DNA of 64,000 nucleotides from Vezdaea acicularis (lineage: Eukaryota): contig JAPEUI010000037.1 of NCBI GenBank assembly GCA_026025075.1, positions 62,001-126,000 on the forward strand, in the 5' to 3' direction. The notes below the pieces were generated by a model that was given only the letters and a program-made list of their open reading frames with translations, made no database searches and was not told where the DNA came from. Below are positions 11,886-24,058 of this stretch, piece after piece. The first letter of the stretch is position 1. Each line of letters opens with the position of its first letter. The position numbers and the translations under genes are program-made.

Positions 11886-14180
11886 AATCTGATGTAGAGC
11901 CTTTAGATGGCTTGTTGGAGTGAGGGAAAAGAGGCTCGTTCAGTGTTTCCTAGACCTTAGTCGCATGACGGCTGAATGAACAACGCGAGCAACCCAAGGC
12001 CCGATATGAGTATTGACGAGCCTGCGACCCTTGAGCAAGTAGATCGAGGCTTATATCGGCCGCCTGAAGCCCATGTGTCCTCAAGGAAGATGTGAGCTCG
12101 CTACGTGGGAATCGAAGAGCTTTCGGACGGAGATCGTGGTGCGAAGGGCGCGGCGATTGCCTCACGATCTATTGCGAGAGGAGTGCAAGTGGAGGCCAGA
12201 GGGCAGAGGCCAAGAATATGAGAGCACCAGAGGCGTCGAGGGATCCTGTGACGGTGGCAAGTAGGTGAAGGTTCTGACAAAGACAATGGCGGCGAGAAGG
12301 GTTTCCTCCCGCCTTCGACCGTTCCGTTCGCAAACAAGAGCGCGAATTCGATAGCCGAATAGAATGCGGGATAGACTTCGAGGTCGACGAGAAGCTATAG
12401 ATGGAGAGGAATCGGCAAGAAGGGGGAAACGGGAGGTAACGGTCGCGGTGGAGTGGTGGGATTATGTTGAGAGTCAGAGGGAGAGTAGGCCGGTCGGGAG
12501 GAGGAAGAAAGTGTGTGTCCCCCCCAGCGGAGGAATCTACGATGGGCCCTGCTTGGGATGGGGAGCGAGCGAGCGAGCAGATTTCGCGAGTCGGCTAAGG
12601 TTTGGGGTGTGGTCGTTGCTCGTTGCAGCAGTGCGGGCCAAGGCGAGGGGGGACCCGCACGCAGAGAGGGAGAGGGAGAGGGAGACGCGGGCGTGAGCAG
12701 CAGGAGGAGGATCAGGCCAAGGGGACGAGGACGAGGAAAGAGGAAAGAGGAAAGAGTAGGACGGCGACTTCTAACTTGATGCCTTCGCCGTAAGTGGCAG
12801 GGGCCCCCGGGGTGCAACGTCGAGAACGGCCAGAACAGAAGGCGCGCCCCCCGAGACGAAGTCGGAAGGAACAAGAAGACGGCGGAGGAGGCAGAGCAGC
12901 GAGGGCGCCGTTTCGGCCTTCTGCCCTCTGCCATCTGCCATCTGCCTCGATCTCTCGCCGATAATGCGACGAACCTCCAAACGCTCTGTCCACTGCAGCG
13001 CCGCGCGGTGCGGCCGAGAGGGGGAATAGAGATGGATGGGATGACCATGCGCGGACGCTTCTTCGCTTTCCCTCTCGTGGGTGGATCTGCCCCCGTCAAA
13101 TGGCGAGCGAGTCAGCGTGCGGCCAGCGATGCGGCCGACTCTCGCGCAAGCCCTTAGCGCGCCCCAGCAGCCGGCGTCTGGCCAGTCACGACGCGGACGG
13201 AGGGCCAGCTACTGTGCGCCTGTGGCCAGTGCAGCCAGCGTCCAGCGGCCGAACGACGGGGGCCTTCTTGCCTCTTCCGCGACCGTCACCATGACTAGAA
13301 GCCCTCTCTCCCTTCACTTGTCACTATCTCCACCGACCCATGCACGCACGGACGGAACGAGCGCTGCGACACCATCGACGCGGATCCCATACCGACAGCT
13401 AATCTACGCTGCAATGCCAAACGTCGACCCGTTTCAACGTCTTGTTTGCGCTTGTCCTTGCTGCCCCTTCACTTCCAATGTATCCCAGTCCCACCGCTGA
13501 TGCTTGTTGACACCTTCTTCGAACCTCCGCGTAAAGCGAAGACGCGATGAAAATAGAGTAAGATTTCTTCGTGCGAAGAGATGGCCATCAAAAATTCCGC
13601 CGCCGAGGGATCCGAAGACCACTCGAAGACGATCGACTCCGCGATGTGCAATGCAGGTCTCTCATCTTGAGGACCCATCTTCTTGATCATGGGCCTCGCA
13701 ACAAGGTAAGTATGAAGAGAAGAAGAAGAAAAAGAGGAAAAAGTGGGAGGGAGGGAGCCTTTATATAGTCCTCATGCCGGCACCCTAATTTCCCTGGGCC
13801 CCAACTGGGCAGGCAACAAGCGACCGTTTCACCGCAGCTCGCTCCTTCTGCATTCCACAACACACGAACATGTGACGGGCAATCATGCTCCACCGACCCA
13901 TATCTTGTTTATTGATTGAAGTGAATGCAATGTAAGAATTATTGTGAAAGATCGATTCTCGAAATAGTCCCCATCATTCTGCATAGACATGAGTTGACCT
14001 GCGTGCAAATCGTATGATCCGTAGCGTCATCGCTGGCTGCGTTTGGTGCTACCCGAAGCCCTTGTCCCCCACGCCACATGATTCGCCAAGCGCTTCGCCA
14101 TCAGCTGTCCTATCTTCGTATCCATTGACCTTTCACATCCACTATCGTGAGCAAAGCAGCCGTCGAGAAAATACGACACC

Positions 14181-14798
14181 ATGAAGCTCTCCATCACCCT
14201 CGTCTCCCTTCTCCTCTCCGCCGTCTCCGCCAGCGCTTTCTTCGGCGGTCAGGTCGCCATCACAGACAAGAAACCCGTTCCGGGCAACTCGCCGCTGACC
14301 TACTGCGAGAATTACGTGGATGACGGCATTCTCAAGATCGACCATGTCGACTTGACTCCCAATCCGCCCGTGAAGTACGCTGCCACGAGCTTCACCATGT
14401 ACATTGCAGTAATGCTGATTGTCATTCTAGGGGCGAGAATCTTACTCTCGAGGCCGTTGGCACGTTCTCCGAGCCGGTCGAGAAGGGCGCCAAAGTCAGA
14501 TTACTGGTGAAATACGGCTACGTGAAGATCTTCAACCGAGAGGAAGACCTCTGTGATCAGGTCGGGAATGTGGATCTATCGTGCCCTCTGGACGGCAAGA
14601 ATACCGTGACCAAAATCATCCAGTTGCCCAAGGAAATCCCTCCGGTACGTACCCCCTTCCGGCGTGAGGCCTAGGATCTTTGAGAGCAATCTCACTAACC
14701 ATATCGCGACATAGGGGAAATACGACGTCCAAGCCGATGTCTATACGAAGGACGAGAAGAAGATCATCTGTCTTGCAGCTGAGGTGACATTCCCTTAG
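14181..14798 (+). CDS. NPC2: ML-domain phosphatidylglycerol/phosphatidylinositol transfer protein (NPC2-like), 3 exons
   Basis: Signal peptide, VPGNSPLTYC, DLTPNPP, VKYGYVKIFNREEDLCD..CP, LPKEIPPGKY..DVYTKD..ICL. Introns at about 14375-14430 and 14645-14714. Confidence 0.9.
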
Positions 14799-15227
14799 AG
14801 TTGACACCATATGTAGAAAGAATACAGATTTGGGGGGTGAGAGAGAAATAGCTGAAGTCGGGCTATTATGATGGGATAGCAATTGCTTTAATTTCCTACA
14901 ATGGCATACGTCCATCTGGCTACTCTGCTGTCATTTTCTGGCGTTTGAGGAGGCCATTCTATTCTTACCAATGACGTACGGGAGCGTGCTTACAGGAGCT
15001 TGAATTCAAGATCACTCTCAAAGTCTTTGGTGACGGAACCCGATGACGGTCTATTCTGCGAAGATTATGTTTTCAATCCCACCCAACGCAGCGTGTGACA
15101 TGGTCCCCCTCCCAACCCTCATGCAGCAAGCAAGTCATATACAACCCTCACATTACCATCCATCCCCGCCCCCCTCCCCAAAGTCCTAGCCGCTACTGAT
15201 ATCTACAGAGTGCCCCACCCTTCTTTA

Positions 15228-15835
15228 CTACTCCCCGAACAGCTTCCGCACCCGCTTAAGCACACTGTCCTTCTCCGGGTCATACGGGTGGTCTTTACTC
15301 GGGATCTCTAATAGACTAGGGAATGCAGCCGTGTAGTTGTCGATTCGGTGCCGGATTCGCTCTGCTATCTGTTCTCCTCCACCATGAGAATATCATTAGT
15401 CCATGTGCGTATACCCCGCTCAGGGCCTCTCCCTTGCTTTCTCTCGAGCAAATGCACCACTAAGCCCCAGAAATGTGGCACAACTCACGTGCTGGTTTAT
15501 GAGCAGGATCCCAATGTCCTTCCGCTCGGAGGTGAACCTGTCAAAGGCGGCCTCGATGGCGGCGTTATCGGTCTTTGCGTCGACGACGAGGAAGTTCTTC
15601 TGTGAGTCTGGAGCCGGAGTGACGTGCTATGCTCGCACTATCAGTCAAACACACCCAAGGGCACTCAGGTGTTGAGGATTTCTACGCCAATGCCTGCCAG
15701 CAGGAGGCCTGTAACAGAGTCCTGCTTTCATTCAGCGCTTCATTGTTTAAGAGAAAGGGCGCGGGAATCTCTCACTTCGTCTCCAATCACGGCGAGGAAT
15801 TCTCGGTCTTTGTAGGCGGACGGTGGAGCGGCCAT
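15228..15835 (-). CDS. VMA7: V-type H+-ATPase subunit F, multi-exon
   Basis: [20 protein letters not shown] / [12 protein letters not shown] / [13 protein letters not shown] / [27 protein letters not shown] assembled across introns. Confidence 0.95.
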
Positions 15836-16131
15836 CGTTGTATTACTGATATCAAATTCGTGAGACGGATCGATTGGTGGGGTGTGATGGGATACTGCCG
15901 AAACAACCACAGCTCGGCGAAAAGATCCCCTGCACGAGCTTGCACGAAAGCGAACTCTCTCCGTCTCTCGCCTACATAAACGGTTGCGCGCAACCATCCT
16001 CACCGTTCACGGTAAACAAAGCCGCCCCTTAAGGGCAACGCGGGCGCCGCCATACAGCTTCTAGCTTTTACGACTTGCTGGGCGCGGGATTCGGTCATTT
16101 CAGGTCTTCTTTACGTTCGTTTAGGTTCAAT

Positions 16132-17558
16132 ATGCCTCGCCTTATACGAAAGCAACCTTTCCTTGAACGCGTGCAGGCGTACCTCAATCCCTTGGACTTT
16201 CTGCTCTGGGCGAGCGAGGAGCTCGAAAGCAATGATCTGCAGAGAGCTTATGCCACACCATTGGGTCTACTGCTGAATGTGGTCTTCTTGATCGCGAGGG
16301 CGAATACGGCGCAAAGCAGTAGGGATGCGGTCGACGATGTATTTGGGGAGTCGGATCACAGCGGCGGATGGGTCTCTTGGTTTGTACGGCTTCATTCCTA
16401 TGGGAAACCCTCTATAGTAGCGACCTCAGCTTATCTGACTCACAGACTGCGTTCATCGTCCACCTCCTGACCTGGCTCTCCGTTGTCAACGCCATATACA
16501 CCTTCTACCGCACCCGGCACTATCGCCTCTTCGAAGCCTCCATCGACACCGTACCATCCACGCCCTCTGCCCAGCGCGTCCGCGTCGACTCCTCACCAAT
16601 CTCCTCCTCTCCCCTCCGCTTCCTCTCCACCATCCTCGACTCCTCCGCTGCTGCTACTTCCCGCGCACACCCTGACCCCGCCCGGGACGTATGGGAGCTT
16701 GCAATCTGGGACCCAACCCCCCTCTCCCTGCGGCTCTTCTGCCTCTTCAGCCCTGGCCACGTGCTTGTCTACTACCTCTTCCTACCCACGAGTGCCTTCG
16801 ACACGCAACCTAGCCTGACCGTGCTACGCACTCTCTTCCTTGCTGCCCTTCTCTCCGCGCAGCTCCTCCTTCTCCAATCATCGTTTACCCAACAGGCCAA
16901 AGATACCGCACTCGTCCACAAAGAGGTCCAGCATGAATACAACACGAAGTTTGTACACCCCCGCCTCAACCCGTCCGTTCGTGATGTCGGGACACAGTGC
17001 ACAGGGACTCGGCATGGCGACAGCTACGTCGAGGCGTACTCACCCACTATAGTACAGCATCGTGCATGGAAGCCAAACCCGAATCCGAACTACTCGAAGT
17101 TCTACGATCCGGACGGCACGGGCAGGGTTCCCACTGCTCCTCCTCCTCTACAGCCCTCGTCGTCATTCACGAGGGGAGATGGCGTGGCGTCAACGGGCGT
17201 AAACCCCCTCTTCACCACGCCGCTTCACCAGCGCGACTTCTCCTCCCCACTCAAACCGCGCACCGCCATCCGCCAGCCACAGTTTCACGCCAGCACAGGC
17301 ACGAGTACCGGAGACGGCGGCAGTTTGGGGGTGTACACGCATGCGAACTCGCCCTTGAAGAAATCAATGTCGACGAATATGATACGTGACGACGGAGGAG
17401 GCGGGCGCGCTCGCAGCCCCGTAAAGCGGGATCGTGGGGAGAGAGAGACCAGTCCTCTCAAGCGCAGTTCTCTCCCGCCAGGCCAGGCACCGTTCCTGAA
17501 CGGAGCGCGGTTCGGGCATCTCGCTGCGTCGCCGAGGAGGGAGAGTGGCCGGTTCTAG
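16132..17558 (+). CDS. NUR1: Nuclear rim protein 1 / Mug154 family, 2 exons
   Basis: MPRLIRKQPFLERVQAYLNPLDFLLWASEE, RHYRLFEA..PSTPSA.RV, VWELAIWDP..LFCLFSPGHVLVY, EYNTKFVHPR. Intron at about 16384-16445. Confidence 0.85.
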
Positions 17559-18165
17559 GCATGTGTGCTGTTCGCCGGGCGTTATGTATGTAGAGATAAG
17601 GACGTCTATATACCCCCAAATACAACATCTTTTTTTTCCGTGCTCCCAATATTGGACATTTCAGACTGCTCAGACTGCTCACACAAGGCCACATAGTCCC
17701 GGATGATCCATCACATGGGGCAATGTCCTGTAGCTTTGACGCTATAAAGGGGGTGGACTGCCTCGCTACCCAAATTCCGCCGCATTCGTCCAGCCTCGAC
17801 CATGGAATGCACGATGGCACAACCGTGGAATGTACCCCGCCTCCCGCCTTTCTCATGTGATGATATTATGGATCCCCAGCGCCCTGCCCCGGACACCGTG
17901 TTCTCTGTCCGGCTCTTCGATGACTCTTCTCCGTTCTTGGGCTCTGCGCGGTACCCTGATAGTCACGGAATTAGTCCTCGGAAACTGTCCACAAAAGTGG
18001 AGATCTCTAGCTACGAAGGCAGTGACTCTTCAGCGGCCTTTCTGGCCAGATTGCAAGTTTGTGGGCTCCACCGGGCAGTATTTATATCTCTGGGTAAGGA
18101 CGGGTGAGGGCGTTTTTGATTCCTCTTTTTTATTCTTTTGAGGGTAGAGAGGTCGTACGCTGCTA

Positions 18166-18795
18166 TATACTCACTCTATACACGGTCTTCTGCAGAGATA
18201 TACAATCTGTATTCTTGCCGTATCTTCACTCTATATACGGTCTATAAGTACAGTTCATCTAGTCTGTATTCTCGACATATCTTCACACAATACGCGGCCT
18301 TCCTCAAAGATATCCAGTCTGTACTCAGTGCTGTATCTTCACTCTACACACGGCTTACAGCTGCAGTACATCTGGGCTGTATTCTCGGCCTATCTTATCG
18401 ATATAGACGGGCTTCCTCAAAGATATTTTGTTCGTATTCTGGCCTTCTCCTCACGTTACATACGGCTTACGACTGTAGTTCACTTGATCTGTACGCTCGG
18501 GACAGCTTTGCTCTACATACGATCTTCTTTAAAGATATAAAGCCTATGCTCTTGCCATATCCTCATACTACATACGGCCTACAAATGCAGTTCACTTGAT
18601 CTGTACTCTCAGGATATCTTCACACTATACACGGCTAGCAACTGCAGTACGCTTGATCTGTACTCTCAGGATATCTTCACTCTATACTAGAACTTCCATA
18701 AAGATATCTTATCGTGCTCTTACAATATCCTCACAATACACACGGCCTACAGCTGCAGAGCTTCAATTTACCCGCTCTGTCCCGTTCACTCTATT
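18166..18795. repeat. Degenerate tandem minisatellite of 11 units (54-57 bp) plus a partial unit, with two alternating unit types
   Basis: Units start at 18166, 18221, 18278, 18334, 18391, 18446, 18503, 18558, 18615, 18672 and 18726. The shared core is TATCTTCAC.CTAYACACGG...CTGTAYTCTC. Confidence 0.85.
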
Positions 18796-18885
18796 CCGCC
18801 GAACGAGTGGCCTCCAAACCTCTCCTCATCCACCTCCTCTCTACCTCACACAATCTAAGGACGGATAAAGGGAAACACTGCCAAG

Positions 18886-19875
18886 ATGCAGGATATTCAA
18901 GCTCAGACCTCCACCTCTCTCACCCTTTCCGTCCGCAAACGTTGGGAGAGCGCCAAGACCGCAGCGAAGACCTCGCCGATACTGCACAGCCATGGGCGAC
19001 GAGCCGTCAGCGCACCCGTCACAGGAGCTCTTTCAGGAACGAGCAACAAGGAGATCAACGCCTTCAAACCCATACAGACTACCCAGTTCCCTCTCTCAGA
19101 GGCCAAGGGCGCCCCCCGCAAACAATCACTACAACCTCAAGTTCCTGGCACTCTCCAGAAAGCACAGCGGCCGAGCAGAAGACACGCCCTCCGCTCCTCA
19201 GACTTCCTCCCGATACGGCACCCAAATCCACATACAGGCTTACATAGCCCGCAGACCTCTGAAGACGCTGCTGAAGACTTTGGCCTTGAGACGAAAATGG
19301 TGGGTGGGTGGGACGGAACGGAGATGGGGTGGGTCGAAGGGTTCGAGATCCAGACAACAGAGCAGACGACAGAGCAGACAAACACACAAACAAAGCGATG
19401 GGCCTGCGAGGGTGAAAGGGGCTACCCCGTTCCCGTTCCTATCCGCACCACTGCCTCCACTTCAGCACCCAGGTTTCCCCAACAGCTCCCTCCCTCGCAA
19501 AACAGCCGCAGCAATAGGAAGCACGAAGCATGCCAGCTTCAACGACCTCAGAGCAGAAGCATACACCGCCGGTCAAGCAATCTCATCCTTCTCCTCACCA
19601 CCCTCCGCCAAGCACTCGCACACATGCTCACACACATCGCCGGCGTGCTCTCGCCCTCGACCGACTCGACAACAGGAGGAGAGAAGTGGAAAACAACGGA
19701 TGATGCACGAGAGAGAGCCCTAGCATGGGCCAGAGCGGTGCTGTATATACTCGTGCTGGTGTACGTCCTCAGCTTAGCGGCGACTGCGGGCGGGTTGGTG
19801 GTTGGTGGTCTGGGCTGGCTAGGCTGGCTCGCGAGGTTGGTGGTTTCGGTGGGGAGGACGGTGTTATTTATCTGA
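18886..19875 (+). CDS. Hypothetical protein: disordered N-terminus and C-terminal hydrophobic (TM) segment
   Basis: 329-aa ATG-initiated ORF ending in ..ARAVLYILVLVYVLSLAATAGGLVVGGLGWLGWLARLVV... No family recognised. Confidence 0.5.
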   Translation: MQDIQAQTSTSLTLSVRKRWESAKTAAKTSPILHSHGRRAVSAPVTGALSGTSNKEINAFKPIQTTQFPLSEAKGAPRKQSLQPQVPGTLQKAQRPSRRHALRSSDFLPIRHPNPHTGLHSPQTSEDAAEDFGLETKMVGGWDGTEMGWVEGFEIQTTEQTTEQTNTQTKRWACEGERGYPVPVPIRTTASTSAPRFPQQLPPSQNSRSNRKHEACQLQRPQSRSIHRRSSNLILLLTTLRQALAHMLTHIAGVLSPSTDSTTGGEKWKTTDDARERALAWARAVLYILVLVYVLSLAATAGGLVVGGLGWLGWLARLVVSVGRTVLFI

Positions 19876-20224
19876 TACCCGATTACCAGCTGTTTGGGTA
19901 TGTGGGGGAAACGTAGATAAGCCTTCAAATCTACGTATACTTCAAAACCCTGCTTCTGGTTCCGGACTAGATTTGTTTATGTGACTATGCAATTATGGGA
20001 GCCTGTTCCGCTCTGCCCACCATAATTGAGGGGAGAAGAGGAGGAGATTTTAAGCTGCTTTATAATAAACCTCATACGCACCCTACGACTGACATAAAAG
20101 CCATACCATCCTCCATATCCAGAAATCCTTTCACGAAATTTCCATCTTCAGTTGGTAACTTCCTGTCCAATTTGTCGTGTGATTGATAAATTGTATTTGC
20201 GCTCCCCACACCCATAGAAAATAC

Positions 20225-20336
20225 GGCTTCGTGGCGCAATTGGTTAGCGCGTCCGGCTGTTACACCCACTAGCTATCTCACATGGAGTAGCGGGATGGTA
20301 ACCGGGAGGTTTCAGGTTCGATTCCTGGCGAAGCCG
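20225..20336 (+). tRNA. tRNA-Asn(GTT) with a ~38-nt intron
   Basis: Acceptor stem GGCTTCG/CGAAGCC; D arm TGGCGCAATTGGTTAGCGC; anticodon arm TCCGG-CTGTTA[intron about 20263-20300]A-CCGGG; T loop GGTTCGATTCC; downstream T tracts. Confidence 0.95.
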
Positions 20337-20634
20337 ATCTTTTTGGGTTTTTTAAATAGTACACCATTTTGGTGATATGGGAGAGTATGGAAATATTTTC
20401 TTGACTTTTGTACTGGAACAGTCTGTAAAGGAGAGGTTGATCCCTTTTTGGGGTCATCGTCGTGATAGAAGTCATTTTTAGGCACGCTCGCTAAAGCAAA
20501 CACCAGCCTCCGACATTTGATACGCGATTGCTGACAAGCAGAAGTGAAGCTGGCCATGCCATCGACATCAAGGACATACTGCCAGCAGTCGTAGAAGCGG
20601 TATCGGCTGCTTCATGGTTCGATATACCTTCGCC

Positions 20635-22536
20635 ATGATTCTGCGGTCTCTCAGGTCCCTTGCGGCTTTTATGCCAGTAGCTCTGGCGGCGCAACCATCC
20701 GCCCCGTCACCAGTATCCGCACCGCTTCGGGAGCTTCCCTGGGGCCAGCTGAATGTGCTGCATACCACCGATACGCATGGCTGGCATGCTGGACATCTCC
20801 AAGAGTGAGTTGAGAGTCTACGGCTGTTTCTCTGCTATGTTCCGAGGGTGGTACTGATGTCCTATAGACCATCCTTCTCGGCGGATTGGGGAGACTATGT
20901 TTCCTTCGCGGCGCGCATGAAAGAAGAAGCGGATCGGAAAGGCGTTGATGTGATTCTGGTCGATACGGGAGATCGGGTGGAGGGGAACGGGCTGTACGAT
21001 GGCTCGAAGCCAAAGGGCAACTATACGTACGACATCTTCAAGCAGCAAGAGATCGACGTGATCTGCTCGGGCAACCATGAACTGTACAAGAAGCACACGG
21101 CCGACAATGAATATCTCAAGACCGCCCCAAACTTCAAGGGCAATTATCTAGCCTCGAACATTGACATCATCGATCCCAAGACAAAGGAGAGAGTCCCGCT
21201 TGGCGCGAGGTATCGCAAGTTCACCACGAAGAATCAGGGGATCCGGGTCCTTGCCTTTGGGTTCCTGTTTGACTTCACGGGGAACTACAACAATACGTTT
21301 GTGCAGAAAGTGGCTGAAACGATAGAGGAGAAGTGGTTTCAAGACGCCATACGAGACAAGGAACTGGATCTCATCCTCGTGACTGGGCATGTAGGCCTTC
21401 GAGATGACTCGACCGGCGACGCATACACCAGCATCTATAAAACCATTCGTGGAGTGCGATGGGACATGCCTATCCAGTTCGTTGGCGGACACACCCACAT
21501 TCGAGATTACCGAACATTTGATTCAAAAGCGTATGGCATCGAAAGTGGGCGTTACCTAGAGACGATCGGCTTTGCGTCCATCGATGGTCTCAAGACCAAG
21601 AAAGCGGAAAAATCAGCTGCGAGTCTGAGGTTCGACCGTAGGTACATCGACAACAATCTATTCTCGTATCATCATCATACTGGCTTGAACGAGTCTACCT
21701 TCCCGACAGACCAGGGCCGGAATACGTCGAAGCTGATCCGCGAGGCGAGAGAAGCCCTCGATTTGGATAGGCTGCACGGATGTGCACCGCAAGACTTCTG
21801 GGTTAATCGTGCGCCTTATCCAAGTGACGAGAGCATGTTTACCTGGCTGCAGGAGCATGTCCTCCCGGATGTCATTGTGGATGAGAAGAGAAGTGAGGTG
21901 CCGAGACTTGCAATTATCAATACTGGAGCAATGAGGTTCGACATTTTCAAAGGGCCTTTCACGAAAGACACGGCATATTCGGTATCACCATTCACAGGCG
22001 GTTTCAGATACTTCCCGGACGTTCCGTATAGCGCAGCCTCTAAAGTACTTGACCTACTTAACAATGGTAGCCCAGTATTGGAACAGGGTGACCCACGGCT
22101 TCGGTCTTGGATGCTAGCCCCTCCGGAACAGCTCTCTAGGACAGGGGTTAATGCTTTCGCTGGCGTTGCACCACAAGTGCAGGATAGTCATCTTGGAATA
22201 AAGCAACAGCAGCCACTTGGGAAGCCAGAGCTTACACCTGGATATACCACCAAGGACGACCTTGGGGAGGATGGCGATGATACGTTGCACTCCGAGATCA
22301 AATTCTACAAGGTCCCCAACTGCGTCCAAGCAGAGATTGGCTTCCCCGCAGGTGAGGAGAAGCCGGAGTCGGTCGATTTGGTGTTCATGGATTTCATCCA
22401 GCCGTGGGTTATCCTCGCATTGCTTTTTGCTGGCCAAGACTGCAAGGCGGAAGATGTCATGACGTACATGGACGGCGAGAGCATGACTCGCCTGCTAGTA
22501 AGCTGGATTGAGGAGAATTGGAGCAAGGACTGCTAA
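20635..22536 (+). CDS. Secreted/vacuolar calcineurin-like metallophosphoesterase (5'-nucleotidase-like, yeast YHR202W family), 2 exons
   Basis: Signal peptide, then [33 protein letters not shown] and GGHTH metal-binding motifs. Intron at about 20805-20867. An alternative ATG lies at 20614. Confidence 0.9.
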
Positions 22537-23479
22537 GGGGCGCATGGGCATAGATCAAAAAAACGGTAGAGCGCTGCGACTGGTATTGAATGGTGTTTTC
22601 CCAGCAGGTTGGGGTATCGCGGGCACGTTCATTCTCTGCGGGACTCACCTGTCTTTCTAGACCGTTCGTTTGTCATAATCCCATTTCTCTGCAGATTGAT
22701 ATTCTCTGCAACGGGACCGCTTGTGACACTCCATTGAAAAGCTGCGCTGAAGCTCTCGGTCGTGGCTTGCGTCAGGGGGTCGTGTCCAGACCAACGGATT
22801 TGAACAGCGACCGGCCCCTCGTCGGCCTGCGAGTGGCTAGCATGTTATCTCCTACTGTAGCGCAGTCGACCGCTGCAGGCAGGGGGAATCTCCGTCACCA
22901 ACCACTTGCCCGGAACGGCCAGTTCGCTTACGCCGAATGTGCCGCCACCTGGAGCGCAGCAGCGCAAGCTCGAAAACTCCGGATGCACGTCCACACGATC
23001 CCACGTTCTTCTCTCCTAGAATTGCTTTTCTCCCTCCCGTAACCTTCTTCACGGAATCGCCTCAGTTTCTGGTGCTGCGAAGGGGCTTATGGAAGCTTCC
23101 GCCTGTCTTCTCTCCCTCGCCAGAGCTTCATGGATCAGCGCTCTTCCGTAAATCTTGGCTTTTCTTGACGGCTCGAGCGAGTTTTCTTCGGCCAGCCCTA
23201 CAGCGATTTCACGTCGAGTGCAGCTTGGAAGACCGCATTCGCCCATAGTCTCTTCTTTTCTACATATCATTGAGCTGAGTCGTGGACGACCGCTTCTCGC
23301 ACTTATAAGCTCTCATTTGGATCAAGCTCGGCAGCAGACCGTGCCCGTTTTTAACTTTCTCGCCAGAGCAAACGCAGGAGATTTTTGGAAACGAAGTAAA
23401 CAAAGATTGTATGAGCCAATTGTCAGCTCACTCCAAACCGCACAATACACATCAGGTTAACACACCATTCACATAAAAA

Positions 23480-24058
23480 ATGGCACAAACCTCCTCCAAA
23501 CCCACCATCCCAATGAACGGCAAATTCATCCTGCCCTCTCTGGGTCCCCTTGGGTCCCTTACAGCCGGCACGGACATCCCCCCACCTCCCGACTCTCCCA
23601 TAGAAGAGAAACCCAGCGCCCCAACAACAACCGCAACAACGACAGCGCCGGCCTCGCAGAAAGAAAATCAGCACCCGCAGGGCACAGCTCTCTCCCAGCA
23701 GAAACTGAGCGAGCACGGTCCTCCCGGCTCGCCCACGTCCACCCGTCCAGGTAGCGTTCGGCGCTTCCTCTCCCTCAGATCCCTAAACTCATCCTTCACA
23801 GACTCAGCCCCGGCCTCGCCCACAACGGAGACACCGGGTTCGGTTGGCATGTCCACGGTCAAGCAGAAGCGGAGCTGGTTCCGCAAACGAAAACCCAGCA
23901 CGAGCGACCTTGCCACGACGAAGCCGGCAGAGGAGCAGAAGAAAAAGGGGCCCCCGCCGCCGACGCTGCCAGAGCTGGGCATGGGCAAAGGCGATCAAAC
24001 GAGTATCGGGATGGGAGGAGATTTGGGAGGCAAAGAGCTGTTTGAGAATATCAAGTAA
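23480..24058 (+). CDS. Hypothetical Pro/Ser-rich fungal protein
   Basis: 192-aa ORF with a good start context (aaaaATGG). LGSLTAGTDIPPPPDSP, SVRRFLS and C-terminal GPPPPTLPEL..LF motifs resemble a conserved fungal hypothetical family. Confidence 0.7.
   Translation: MAQTSSKPTIPMNGKFILPSLGPLGSLTAGTDIPPPPDSPIEEKPSAPTTTATTTAPASQKENQHPQGTALSQQKLSEHGPPGSPTSTRPGSVRRFLSLRSLNSSFTDSAPASPTTETPGSVGMSTVKQKRSWFRKRKPSTSDLATTKPAEEQKKKGPPPPTLPELGMGKGDQTSIGMGGDLGGKELFENIK

Noticed and set aside
18166..18795. CRISPR-like array
   Set aside because: The context is eukaryotic, the repeats are degenerate, the intervening parts fall into two recurring classes rather than unique spacers, and there are no cas genes.
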